From Azolla caroliniana (taxonomy: Eukaryota; Plantae; Polypodiophyta), in NCBI GenBank assembly GCA_043228905.1, contig JBHGNT010000004.1, forward strand, positions 6,572,001-6,636,000: a stretch of DNA of 64,000 nucleotides. Reading direction: 5' to 3'. The notes below the pieces were generated by a model. The model had not been told where the DNA came from, searched no databases, and saw only the letters and a list, made by a program, of their open reading frames with translations. Position numbers and translations under genes: made by a program. Position 1 is the stretch's first letter, and each line of letters starts with the position of its first letter. Positions 27,738 to 41,117 of this stretch are shown in pieces.

Positions 27738-30700
27738 TCAACCAGAAAAAACGCTTGAAAGATTTTCGTACATTTTTTCTTTCAGGTAATATTTTCGGAC
27801 CTTGTGACTAGCATTTAAACCCATCTTCTCCCTCAATGTTCCATTTCTCATCATAATGTTGATATGTTGAGCAAGAACTGGAATACCATCAACTCCAACT
27901 GGATGAAGCATCCCTTCGACATCATCATCAACTATTTCAGGTGTTCCTCCCGCGTTTGTTCCCAATATCTACAAATAAAGATAGAAAACATAATAGAAAT
28001 GTTACATAATGCAAAGGAGACAAATTAATGATACACAATAGGGTTTGCTAAGAGGTAACTTTGGAGTGTAGTTGGGCTCTCATTAGATTTCCGTTATAAT
28101 ACAGTAGTATTAATAAGAAGCCTTCAATTTAACAGTTACCCTTTTTAGATCCTAATAAATTCATATTTTGAATGTAGATATGGACAAACAGAAATTTGTC
28201 AAAAAAAACATACCGGTAAAGAGAAGGCCATTGCTTCTATTGTTACTCAACCCAAGAAAAAGAAACCCCTAAAACCCAAAGTATATGTGCAGAACCAACA
28301 CTGGACAAAATTAACCGAATCCATAGTATTCAGCATATGGCCTCATATACAACAAAATTGTATCAAGTACAGTGACATGTATTATATTACTGTACCAGAG
28401 TCTTTTCAAGCGGAAATGGACACATTCTATACAGCTATTATTGCAAAAGATGCCCTGCCCTCACTGTTCTGATGGATATTTTTAACCTGGTTTAACATTA
28501 GCGTCTAAAATAATGGATCCCTCTGGCAACCCTTAAGTAGCAGGAACTTCAACACAGTGTCCATGTACTCATTGTCACATATGTTCAAGGATACTGAATT
28601 TGAAAGGAGACATTACAGAAGCATAATCCGTAAGCTCACATAATAGCAACTTCAATTCATAGACCAACTTTAAATAGTTTCTAGTCAGCATCAACCAATT
28701 ATAATGTCTTACTTGGAAATGTAGCAAAGAATGGTTAAAATTTCTAGGAAATTTGGATAAGATGAAGAACAAAATCCCATTGACTATCCACAATATGGCA
28801 TTGCTAGTCGGCTGTGAACCATGGACAAAACCTCTGGTCTATACCACACAAAAATAATCATTGGTTGCAAGTGGCATCAATAAACATATTTGTTCCCAAA
28901 AGTCTCGTTGCATACTCAACAGTATTTGTTTCTTCCAGTTTTCCATAATTGTTTGAAGGGTGTTTGTATAGTTCTAATTTGGATGAAAATAGGGCAAGTG
29001 TGTCCATACAAATACATTCATTCATTTACACACACATACATACATACATACATTCATATATTTATACACATCCATACCTCCATAGAACTATATGGGTTTA
29101 TAGAAGGATCTATGTACAAACCTGTGAGTTCATCACGTATACATCTGATGCTGCATATAGTGAAGCCACCTGAACAGTTGTAGGAGTCCACAGTATCACA
29201 TCTGCGAGGCATGGATGATCACTTATGAATTCCATCATTTTCTGCACATAATCGACTTTGTTACTTTTGGATCCCACTGAACCAATCAATAACCTCATCC
29301 TTCCTTGATTCCTACTGTTTTGAATATATCTGGTGTCTCTTATTGTGTTGTTTATACTTATGTTACTCTCTACATGCTCTTCAAATCCCTCGACTGCCAT
29401 GGCCACAGCCTGAAGAAGCTTCAGTTGGCCCTTCCCAGGATTTATACTACTCAACGTAGTAAATAGTATGTCATGAGGGCTTAATCCCATTTCTGCTCTT
29501 ACATGATTCCGTAGGTCTCTTCTCTTTTCTATAGCACTTGCTTCCTGACCAAGTCCAGATTTCACAGCCAGACCCTCATTTACAGAAAGAGAGATGACCT
29601 TGATCATATCGGGTAAGATTATATGCTCAGCTTCACTCCAAACTTTCCACCGTTTCAACTGTGAGTCTGAGAGAAAAATCAAAGCCTTTGCAAAGTGTAG
29701 CACATGTTTTGATCTCTCAAAATACTCTCGTCTATTCTCCATTATCCACCATACTAATCTCCTGGTACCTTTCTTCTGCATTATATCAGCTAAACATGTT
29801 ATTAGTCAGGACATTCTTCATTACATTTAACACTGAACTTTCTCCAACATAAATCATGTCATACTAGTGGCCATAAGAAAAGAAAATATGCAAGCAGAAA
29901 AAATTCTGGGCTTTTGTGTTTTGCTGTACAAAGATATCCCTATGGAATGATTTAAAGTTTACTGATCGCAAAAAGATAATTTATTACTTCGATTCATCCC
30001 ACTAGTGTGATCAAAATGTTCCAAGGATCTTTGAGCCTTTTAGAACTTTGGGTTTTAGAAAATAATTTTTATTTCAAGTATCAGAAAAATATTGAAACTT
30101 GAAAGTTGTTGGTTTGATCATTTCAGTGCTGGATGATGAATCACTACCAAATCATAGTTTCTTGATCTTTGTTATGAGTCATAGATTCAATAGACTATGT
30201 GTCCAATTGCTCCATGAGATGGGTCATTCAAATCAGCACAGAGCATAGATGTATATATGCATACATTCATACCATCTAGCAAAGAAATTCATGTGATCCA
30301 TATCATAATCAATGGATTGCATTACAGAACATACAATAGCTAAATTAACGATTCAAGTTTTAAATCCTAGACTCAATAGACTGTACAGACTGTTCATATT
30401 CACGTGAGAAACATTACACATAATATATGCATACACTCTTAACAAAAACAAAGGAATATGAAATCAAGCTTACCAATCCATGAAGCACAAACTGCAGATC
30501 CAGATACAAGAATATCCACCTTTGCAGCAAATTTGAATGTCACATGTCCTTTGCTCTTCAAAACCCTGATTCCTTTTGCTAAAATCTCCTGCAGTAAGCC
30601 GCCTTTCTGACTCAAAGCCACAACAGAAACCTTTCCACCACATTTTAGAATCTCATTTGCAAGCTCCATCATTGCTAAAGGAGATCCTGTCATGGAAAGC

Positions 30701-31578
30701 TCATGGAAAACAAGCAAAAAGCTCTTTCCGGTCACTGCTTTTGCAAATGTTGAATTATTAGAGCAAAACCTGAACTTCTTCATCCATTCAATCTCTGAAC
30801 CGAGCACAAGTCTTTCTGTTTCATCAAAAGGTCCTACCAAAGATCCCATAGATCCATTCACCTCTCCGATTGAAGGGAAATACCAAGAGATGTTAGAACT
30901 CATTTTGCTCTTCTTCTGTACTAACAATTCACACGAAGATTCTTTACATGATGTTTTAGAAGGATTATCATGACTTGGTTCAAATCTTTGCTCATTCATC
31001 TGCTTCTTTACTATCAAAGGAGGCTTTATCAGACCAGCATCTGTATAAGAATGGCCTTCGTCTACCATCAAAGATGATGTATCCTGATCAGTATCAAACA
31101 CATTCCTAAGAGAATTTTTCTCTTCACCTTCAAGATCCTCGAAAATAACACGATTTCCATTTTCCCAATCTTCAGCACTATATAGAGAGTTCAGTGAGCT
31201 ATTTCTATGTTCATCATCGGTGTGTTCAGTCCAACGAGACTGAAGCACAAAGGCCATATAAGCCCAAAGTACAAAGACAAGAAGCCATTGAAACAAGCGA
31301 TTACGAATAAAAAGCTTTTTGTACCATGGAAGTGGAAGGGAAGCAGTGAAGCGAGAATCCCGTGCAGGGGATGCAGAGGCAGAAGAAGAAGATGGAGTTC
31401 GAACAGATGGAGACCTTCTGAAAGATGGTGAGCTTCGGGGAGTTAATCTTCCTGAGAGAGTAGATTGATAAGATCCAGGAAGAACTCTGATCGAAGGAGG
31501 TCTTACCACTGTTCCTAGAAGATCTGAAGAAAGACTAGAACTCTGTGAAGGATTATCATCGCTTGATTCCTGATGCAT
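27738..31578 (-). CDS. Glycosyltransferase family 4 (Glycos_transf_1) type II membrane protein; third exon apparently disrupted (possible pseudogene)
   Basis: Exons 31578-30474, 29789-29122, ~28268-28214 and 27968-27738. Motifs: TM WLLVFVLWAYMAFVLQSRW, FHELSMTGSPLAMMELA, WWIMENRREYF, LSSINPGKGQ, GSVGSKSNK, YAASDVYVMNSQ, VTIEAMAFSLP, GTNAGGTPEIV. Confidence 0.85.
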
Positions 31579-32986
31579 CTCTCCTCTACTGTTCTAACAG
31601 TACAGCACATTCCATTATCAGTGAAGATTCGATGCCATCTTCCCCATTTTGTGTTATATAAGATACTAATCTTCAAGATTCTTCCCTTCTTAAAAGCATT
31701 AATTGTTCCTTTTCTGGTATTGGTCCGAGGCTTCTTCTCACTCTTGTCAGTAAAACACCTTCACTTTCAGTTTTCTTCTCTTTCCAAGGCATTAATATAT
31801 GGCAACTTTTCCTGTTCTTCCACGAAAAACCTAGCCTAAAGTTCGATTTAAAGGGTTAATCATTCGCAAAGTTGCATGGCTTCCTCTCCAGCCAGTCAGT
31901 GTAAAGCTTTAATTTTCAGTTTTCTTCCCTTTCCACGGCATTGTTCAGCATTAATATACGGTTTCTCCTGTTATTAGTCTGTGGATCAATTGAAACCCTA
32001 AACCCAAACTATGGCTGATAGAAGCTACCGATCGATGGCTAGCTTCCATAGATTCTCCTCCGTCTTGTCTTGTCTTGTCTTGTCTTTTTTTTTTTTCTGT
32101 AAACCCTAGTGTTCAGAGTTCTTGGCCGTTTCCTGTTTATAGGTCCAAGGATCGATCAAAACCCTAATCTTTAAGTATTCTTCCCTTTTCAAAAGAATAC
32201 ATAGTCAGAAGCAATCCATGAAAAACTTCCCCTCTGGATATCCTTCTGCGGAATCGATCGAGCCCCTATCATAACCATAGCAGTAGCAGTAGCAGAAAGA
32301 TTGAATGGCCCCTGAAGATAATGAAGACTTCACCGCGTCTAGACAGAGAGCGACACAGACAGCAGGAGAGTAAATCTTAATTGCCCACTAATCAAGCACT
32401 TAATCAAGACAATTAAGTACTAATGTCACACTAATCAAGAGGTTAAGAAAGAAACTTCTTGTATTATTATGCGCATGCCGATCAAGAGGATAAACAAGAA
32501 ATGTCCGTTGCTTATCACGGGCTTGGTAATCGGGATATGAGATTATTAAGTTTATTAAGGTATCATGAAAAGTAAGATTATGTGTATTTGTCTGATTGAG
32601 AGGCTAACGAGCGAGATTCAATTATTAATCTAGAGAGGTTTATGTATTAACTACATTCTAATCGGGAGATTAAGGAGTATTAACTACACGCTAATCGGGA
32701 GATTAAGGACGAGATAGTAAATGAGGGATTATTCAAAGACAATCTCACCACACTTAACATAGATACTGGACACTATCAGACATATTATTATATAGATTAA
32801 GGTTTTTCATTGGTTTGGGGGGGGGTTGGTCGAACGTGTTGCACGTGGGGCAGAGGACAATGTTTATATTGGAAATACACCCTTTTTTTGTCTTGATATT
32901 TGCATTAGATTTTGATGTCTTTTGTTTGGTTCGATTCTTTATCCTCGTATAAAAAAAACAGGAGAAGAAACTTTGTTCGAATAATG

Positions 32987-33010
32987 TGGGGGGGGGGGGG
33001 GGGGGGGGGG
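32987..33010 (+). repeat. Poly-G tract (~24 nt)
   Basis: Direct inspection. Confidence 0.95.
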
Positions 33011-35881
33011 CTCGACATTAGCTGTTTTACAGCTAGCAACTATATGTATATATATGTATGAGAAATAATGACGAGGGAGGGAGCCCGCATTACAGGATCT
33101 TATCCTGTGATGTGGAAACATTCGAGATTTGTTTTGATCTAGCAATGGCTTGTTATAAGTGGTCATATAACAAGGTAGCAATGGCTTTTCTAGTGGATTT
33201 TTATGTTTGTCAATGATTGTGGCGTACACTCACGTCTTCATCAATGTAACTTGCACCCATCATACATTCTCAACCCCTCTTGCTACAATTAACTTAATGA
33301 TAATATATAACCTTTTTTGTCAAATATATCGTTTCAAGGAGCCTAACTTTCCCTTGTCTTTTGTAGAAGAGCTTTTTCTTTGTTCCTAGATGCTTGTGCA
33401 TACTTTCAATGTGATGGATTTTTTCACAATGTTTGCTTATGGTCTTCCTTAGGGCAATGCAAGATTTATAATAATTCTGAATTAGAATTGTCATTTTCCT
33501 TCCAAGCGGCAACGCATTTTATCGAAGTGCTTTGTTTGTGAGATACCTTTTACTTGTTCTTGAAATGTACATGCATCAACATGACGTGTTCTTTAGCTTG
33601 CAGGTAAAGATCAAGTCTACAGAGTGGAAAACTACAACTATCAATTTTATTCAAAGGATGATTTCATTGAGTAGTGAAGGTTTAGTATTTTAGCAATGCA
33701 AGCATAGAGATAATATTTTTCTTCCAAGAAACATCAACATAGCATGCAAATGACAATACCATCTATAGGGTTCAAGGCGAATTAGAATGAAGATGGAGAC
33801 TATGCACCTCCAATAAAGAAAGCCCCAAGGACCACCTTCAACAACTTCAAACTTCTTAAAATTACCATGACCCACATGACATGATATGCAAGAGGTGTTG
33901 ACATTCCACTAAATTTTAATTAGTGCTAATGTCATTTGACGATACCAAATTCAGCAGCTTGTTTGTCCATTCCCAAGGCCCTAAAATGCTCTCATGTAGG
34001 CACATGCTCTCCATTATTCTCGCATCTAAAACCTCAACAATGTTGTTGAGAAATTGAAATAGACTTACCATCTTCATGAATTGAAAACTATAAATTAAGT
34101 ATGAACATTATCAATAGGATAGGAGAAAAAGTGCAAATATAAGGCAAACCTACTTGGCAATGTTGACATTGTAAGTCACTTTTGAAAAGAGAGGGTCCAT
34201 CAAAACATCATAAAATTGATAAGTATATTGTTTTTTATAAATGTTTAGGTGGCTTAAATTTTATTTTTATGGCTTGAAATTAAGAAATTTAATATGGCAA
34301 GAAGAGAAGTAAACCCTTCATCTTTCTTTATGGTGGATATAATCTTAAAAAAGAATCATTCATATGACAACAAAAAACATGTTTATCGGTTGTTTTTGAC
34401 TAGGACATGTAAAAAGACCACATGGTTTATTTTGACTAATTATAGATTTAGACATATAAATGAACACACAATAGAATAAGTAATTATTTAAGGAACATGT
34501 AGTTGACTTATATTGGAGCAATACTGACAACTCATACATGCATATATACTTGTGTTCGAAAGAGTACCATGTGGAAGATAAAGAAACCGCCATGTGCATG
34601 GGTCAAACACCTCTCCTTCCTGAATGTTGATCTTCATTCGATATAAACTATGCAACAAAATTACCATTATCATGTAGCAGTGTTGTGAATCTATGTGTGG
34701 AACCATCAAGATTTTAAATTAGGAGATAAGTGAAGAAAGTGTACAGAAGACTTGTGGTAGATAGGAGCTAACCTAGTGTGATCCCAAATTATAGTGATTT
34801 TCTTACATTACGAATGTATTAATACATATGGAAGCAATTATGTATATCAATTTATATAAAAACAAAGCAGTTGTCTATAGAGACACTCATCTTATCTCTA
34901 CTTGAGGGTTTAGCTAAGTTTCCAATTGTGTTGGTAGCCATTTGTTGGCACATAGTTTTGCCAAACTTATTATACAACTCCCGTTAAATATTCGGTTGGC
35001 TATTGATTTAAGAATGTTAATTAAAGTGTCTTGGGCCTTTCTATGCTTTTCATGTTCTATTAATTACATGCATGGATTTAATAATTAAGTCTTTTGCATA
35101 TATTTCTTGATTAAGTTGACGTAGAAAGTTAAAGATTTAAACCAATAAAGATTAGCAATACTGTTAGAGGGCTAGAGGGCTCAAGAACAATTGACACTCA
35201 TTCCTTCTTGAGATGTCTACGATAGAGTAGACATCAACCCTACTTTTGAGGAATGATTTTGTTAATGATGTAACCAAGAACAATATTGAATCAAGAAAAG
35301 AACAAGAGCCCGAAATAACTAGATCACACACTTATATAACATGGTTATACACATGCATGCTTGCCACCTCACATCCATGCATGATAGCCACTTAATATTC
35401 TTGCAAGCAGGCCATTTGGTGCTAATGCATTAACTTGTGTGAGATGGAGACATCTCATAATATTATGTGTATGGCCTAGACTATCGACGATAGATTACAA
35501 TAAATAATAATATTGATGAAATCATGTTCCCCTATGACCTTTTTGTGATGTCATGGCATGATGATTATGGTCTTTTGTATATATGCTCATGAAATATTTC
35601 AAGGTAAAGATATAACGTTATCGAAAGATAAGTGTGTTGGGAAAGAAACCATACACAGTTGACACCATTATTGGAGAGTTCTTATGATTTACATGATTGA
35701 TGATTAACATTAATGCTAGAGGTCTTATGAAAAATTGATACACATTCCTACTTGTGTTGCCCAGAGTAGAGATAGAGTAGGCATTAATATGACCTTGGAC
35801 AAATGCCTTTGGTGTACTCCATCAAAAATCAAGTGTATCGAGAACAACCATACACATTTGGTGCCATTGCTAGTTGATGCT

Positions 35882-37353
35882 TGTAAAAAGTATAATGTGG
35901 AAGCTTGTACACACCAGACACAACCAGCTCTACCGGACACCAATACACAGTTAGGTATACATAGAGAATGAAGTACACAGACACTAAGAGAGAGATTGGG
36001 TTAGCAGACAACAACAACAAACTTCTATTACAAAAGATGATCAATACATGTACAAATCTGCTCATAGTGCACTTTATATACAAGCCCTTGACAATGGGCT
36101 AACACAAGTACTAACTAGTACTTTAATGCTCACTTATGAGCTCTAAAACTAAATGGCCTATAATATTCCTATTACTAAAATAGGAAAGTAGGCCCTAACG
36201 GCATGTTGGCTTCTACAACTGATCTGACTTTCGACTTCTTCAGCCAACTCTCCACAATCGATTTGGTTTTCGGCTTCTTCGGCTGACTCAGCCTTTTGGC
36301 CTCTGGCCGGTTCGGTTCATGTTGAGCTTGCACTCAACACTCCTCCTTAAGCTCAACTTGAGCTTGCACTAAACACTCCCCCTCAGGCTCAACTTGAGGC
36401 TCCCCTCGTCTGCTTTAGCCTGCCCTTTGCTCCAGCTCCTCTTGCCAGCTCGCGCTCCTCAACTCGTTCAGTTGGCTTGTCTACTCCTTAGGCCTTTGTC
36501 AGCCTTCCTCCTACCTCTACGACTTTGGCGCCCCTAGATCTGTCAGTTCTCTCGCCTTGGTATTGGCATTGGATGCCCTCTCGCTTGTTTGGTGTTATCC
36601 TTTTTCGGCTCGTCTGAATTGTCACCTTTATCTGAATCGAATGTATCTGAATCGATTGTCTTCGATTCATCTTCTACATCGGCTCTCCCCTTGCCTTTGA
36701 CTGGCTCCGACTCCAGTTCATCTTCTTTTTGCTCCCCTTGTCAGTTAGACTCCCTCTAGTTGAGCAACTTCCTTCTGTTCTCCCCTTATTAGCTTCTTTT
36801 GCTCTCCCCCTCAACTGCGGTATGTCGAGATGCGGCACACCAAGCATCTCCAAGAAGTGTCATAACTTGCTGAGTCCAAGGGGCTTGGTGAATATGTCGG
36901 GCGCTTGCCGATCAGTTCAAATATGTTTCAGTTTGTCTTCACCATTGAGAACGCGCTCACGCTCGACGTGATCATGCACTTCTATGTGCTTGGCGCGAGC
37001 ATGGAAGACCCTTTCTTTTCCATCTAGATGTTGCTGAGGTTGTCACAATAGATTGTCGTCGGATCGGCAACCTCCACCCGCAGATCCTTCAATAGCCTCA
37101 ACCTTATGGCCTTGCACATAACGACAACCGCTCCTCGATATTCGGCCTTAGTACTCGATAGTGCTACTGTTAGTTATTTTTTGCTGTACCAAGCGATCGC
37201 CGCACTCCCCAAGGAGAAGGCATAGCCAGATGTTGATCGACGATTGCTGGAATTTCTGGCCCAATCAACGTCTGTGAGCCGACTAATTGTTTGGCTACAC
37301 CGGCCTGATACAACAACCAACAGTCCTTAATGCTGCTGACATATCTCAACATT
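35882..37353 (-). mobile_element. Ty1/copia element A: 3' part (RT end, RNase H, PPT, 3' LTR), degenerate
   Basis: Minus-strand frames give LRYVS..DVDW..NRRSTSGYAFSLGSAAIAWYSKK*LTVALSSTKAEY..HARAKHIEVH. PPT plus TGTT LTR start at 36375 or 36339. The far end of the LTR is approximate. Confidence 0.75.
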
Positions 37354-38678
37354 TGTTGACCGGTGGGACAAAGGTGTGAAAGGAGACAAAAGGAGCTGAG
37401 CACTAACAACCGAATAAAGAAGAACCTATTGTAAACAACCGTTAGGTGCGAAACAATCTCAACACTCTTTGAGATGAAGATCCTCAGTGTGTATAAGGAA
37501 ACATATTAATAACATAGGATAACTGAAACATAAGACAAGATCAACAACGGAACAAAAGGAAGAGAGACCACAAAGTAGACACAAGCAAAATGTAAGTATA
37601 TTATTCTCAAAGAGTTACAAAAGCACAATGTACAAAAATGAACAACATTAACACTAGGTTACAAGAGTAAGTTTAAATACAAATCGACTTAGGGAAACTA
37701 CCCTTTCCACTATTTACAAGAATAGCCTAAACCTAGTGTGTCCAATGGGACAATGTGAATATGTCCATTATACACTCGTATTCGACACTCTCCTGTAATG
37801 GGTGTATACAATAGAGAATTTGTAACAAGAATTACAGATATATACAAGGTTGTCGAACAATTCGGTTTTATTGGATTCAACAAAATCCGAGAACAGAAGG
37901 TTGAGTCAGCTAGGGTCAAACTATTGATGCTGATTGTCCGAAACCATCCGGAATGTCCGACTCAATTGGACTGATTCTTCTTTACGCCCATATGGTGCCG
38001 AAGGGATCGGAATTGATCCACCGGAAGACACTTGGTCATCCCATCTGCAACATTATCGGATGTAGGTATCTTCTCGAGGCTAATTTTCCCTGAAATGACG
38101 CAGTCCCAAACAAAGTGATATCTCACATCTATATGCTTCAAGGCATTGGCCGAATCGATGTGTTGAAATGTGCGAGCAAGCCGACCGAGCCATAAGGCCT
38201 CTTTCGCTGCATCGGATGCGGCAACATATTCGGCCTTAGTTATTGATGTGGTAGTGCACTCCTGAAGTTTCGACTTCCACGAGATTGCTGCATTGCCGAA
38301 TTTAAAGCAATATCCGGTTGTCGACTTTCGATTGTCTATATAGTCGGCAATGTATGAGTCGATATAACCAACTACACCTGAAGTGTTGTTCGGGCCGAAT
38401 AGGACGCTGTAGTCTTTTGTGCCCACCAAATATCTGAACACATGCTTTACTATGTTCCAATGCGATCGATCGGGATTGTGCATAAATCTGCTGATGACTC
38501 CTATGGCAGGAGTGATGTTAGGCCATGTCGTGACCATCACGTACATCAAGGAGCCAACTACTGGTGCATACAATACCGACATCATAATTTCCCCCTCCGG
38601 ACCGGATGTCGGGCAGTCTCGCTAGGACAACCGAAGATTAATAAGTACTAGGCAGTATGATTTAGATGGGTACTTTGA
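37354..38678 (-). mobile_element. Ty1/copia element B: 3' part inserted into copia A
   Basis: ORF 37962-38585 encodes copia RT end/RNase H (VGSLMY, RKSTTGY, ISWKSKLQ, KHIDVRYHF, NVADGMTK). An LTR end ...ggtcaaca at 37354 abuts the interrupted RT frame of A. Confidence 0.8.
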
Positions 38679-39888
38679 TGTCCCACATAAAGGGGGGAAT
38701 GAAACGTGTAAGGGGGAAGGAAAACGAGGAGAGAATCACAGGCAAAATCGACCGCCCAATGTAAGGTGTAACGCCCCCCCGTTTGTACTATAAAAGTGGG
38801 GAGGTTTGAACTATGTAGGGCATCTAGGAATTGGAGAATGAAGTGTTGTCGGTTTGAGTTCCGAGCTCAGTCGTTCTCTCTGTTTCAGTTCTGTGCTAGG
38901 GTTTGGGAAGAAGGTGGAGGCCTTTGCTCGTGTAGGAAGCACGTGTGCTCCCAACCAGAGGCCCATTTTTTTGTGTTTGTGTGTGTGCATGTAGAGCTCG
39001 AAGCTCCATTGCCGGCCGCGTCCGGTTGTAATCTATCTATTTCCTCTATTAATCAATAGTTTTGATGAGTCTCTCCGTGTGTTTGGGTATCCTCGTGTTC
39101 TTATCTTGGTTCTATTCCTGTTTGAGTGTGTGTATCCAAGTGAGTGAGCCTGTGATCTCCTCGCTCCTATCCAGCAACCGGTCCGGAACAATATACATCT
39201 CCAAGCCTGTGTGCTCATTGTCCGGCATCCGAGGATAGATTCAGATCGGACACGTTGTCGCGTTATTACGCGCGTGCGTGGAGAAACGAGGCGGGACCAC
39301 CGGGGTCTTGAACCGAAGGGCAGGTGATAGAAGGGGAAAGAGAAGGAGAGAGACGCCCGGTCACGTATGAGCAAAGAAACACAGGGGCGTGGCCCGTCAA
39401 CACAAAGACGCGAATGGACACAGAGACAGGGAGAGACAAGTGTTTGTATATTAACGAATAACAAGTACACAGCAGAACACGCGAGCGGCTACGACCGAAC
39501 AGGCCGGCGAACAGATGCCGATGCCTGTTCGTCTACGCACGAAATGGGGATAGGATGGAGGTGCTGCCGGAAGCACACGGGCGTTCCTCGAAGCAGCGCG
39601 AGCCTCCCGAAACCTGCAGAAAAGAGCAACAGAGAACAGACAGAGGAGAAGCGTTCGGTTCCGGTCCGACATCACTTCGTCCTCCCCCATCCCCTTCCCC
39701 TTGCGTCTCCCTCTCATTTATAGCGTCAAGAGGGGAGCCGTCTCCCTCATTTACTTCCTACCTACCGAATCTAACTACCCCGGATCTCTCCCTGTACCTA
39801 ATTCTCTATTATATACACTAAGAGCGCGCACACGTGAAGGGACGGTTCATGTGCGCTATTCACCGATTGCGCCAAGGGACGGTTTTCT

Positions 39889-40552
39889 TCATGACATCCG
39901 CCCCCACCTAACCGCGCATCCACCGATATGCGCCAAAATCGGGTTCTGGTTGGAGAAAAACGGCCCGGGTTCCGGTTCCTTGTCCATCTGTTCGTCCTCC
40001 GGCTCGGACTGATCATAGTCGTTGTCCAGGCCTCTTAGATTCGGTTCGCCGTCGTGGCGCTTCTTGAACGCTTTGATCCGTTTTCCCGCCACTGGTATCG
40101 CCATCCTTGTACTGTCGAGTTCCGCCAGGTGATACGTCCCGTTGTCGTTGGCGCCCGTTACCACGTAAGGCCCGAACCACCGCTTTGCAAACTTCCGTGC
40201 TGCTCGGTGCTGGTTGTCGAGGCTGCTGTCGTAGACTAGCACCCAGTCGCCTTCCTCGATTCTCTTCGGTCTGAGCCGGTGCGTTCGGTCGAACCGGGCT
40301 TTGTTCTTCATCCTCGCCGTCCGAAGTCTCTCCGCCGCTCGTTCCACGTCCTCTGGCCTCTGCTCGAGCTGCCGTATACGCGCCGCTAGAAGTTCTTCCC
40401 GACTCATTTCGTCACTCCAGTCTACTGTCGCCTAGGAGGAGATCGTCCGTTCCATCGGCATGATCGGCTTCTGTCCGAACATGAGCTCTGACGACATGAA
40501 CCCGGTTACCGAACTGTGCGTTGTCCGGTCCGCCCACAAGGCATAAGGTAAC
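39889..40552 (-). pseudogene. Element C integrase C-terminus (GPY/F module), cut off by solo LTR S1
   Basis: WADRTTHSSVTG...GDWVLVYDSSL..KFAKRWFGPYVV. The frame runs across the PPT into the LTR. Confidence 0.85.
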
Positions 40553-40985
40553 TGTTACCGGCCGGCAAAGGAGTCCAGAGTGGGAAACAGAGAGCTAATT
40601 AAGTAGTAGGAATGTGGTTGTAATTAAGCTATGAGTGTGGACGGACGGACCGGAATCGGTATGCCGTTCCGGATCCGGACCGATCCCGAACAGGTGCGGA
40701 TGGCACCATTTTGTAATACAGACCGGAAACCTATTTAAAGGCCCGGATACAATGTAATAGTTAACGGTTAATTAATGAAAGCTTAAGCGTTGTTATATCT
40801 CTGTGTCAATTGCCGTTCTGTCTTAATTGTTATATCTTACGCGTGTTATGAAGATGATCCTAATAAGTAACTTAACTAAGTCGGATTAAGTGTTGAAGTC
40901 TAATCCGGTTGCCGTAACACCCTTTGGTGAAGTGTCTCACGTAGACACCCTGTGTTAGGCCATTGTCCGGCCCGAAGAGTTAACA
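40553..40985 (+). mobile_element. Solo LTR S1 (433 bp) inserted in the integrase of C
   Basis: tgtta...taaca termini. Perfect 5-bp TSD gtaac at 40548-40552 and 40986-40990. Confidence 0.92.
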
Positions 40986-41117
40986 GTAACAGCCGTGGCC
41001 AGTTCCCGACCTGGCCTCCGCATGCCCGGACTAGTGCTTTGACGATTGGCCCGTGCCTGCGCTCTACCTTCCCGTTTTCCTCCGGATTGTACGCTGTGGT
41101 GAGCGAGAGCTTGACCC

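Noticed and set aside
28246-28248. U-to-C RNA editing rescuing the GT4 stop codon
   Set aside because: Such editing is established for fern/hornwort organelles, not nuclear spliced genes, and it would not restore the missing GET residues.
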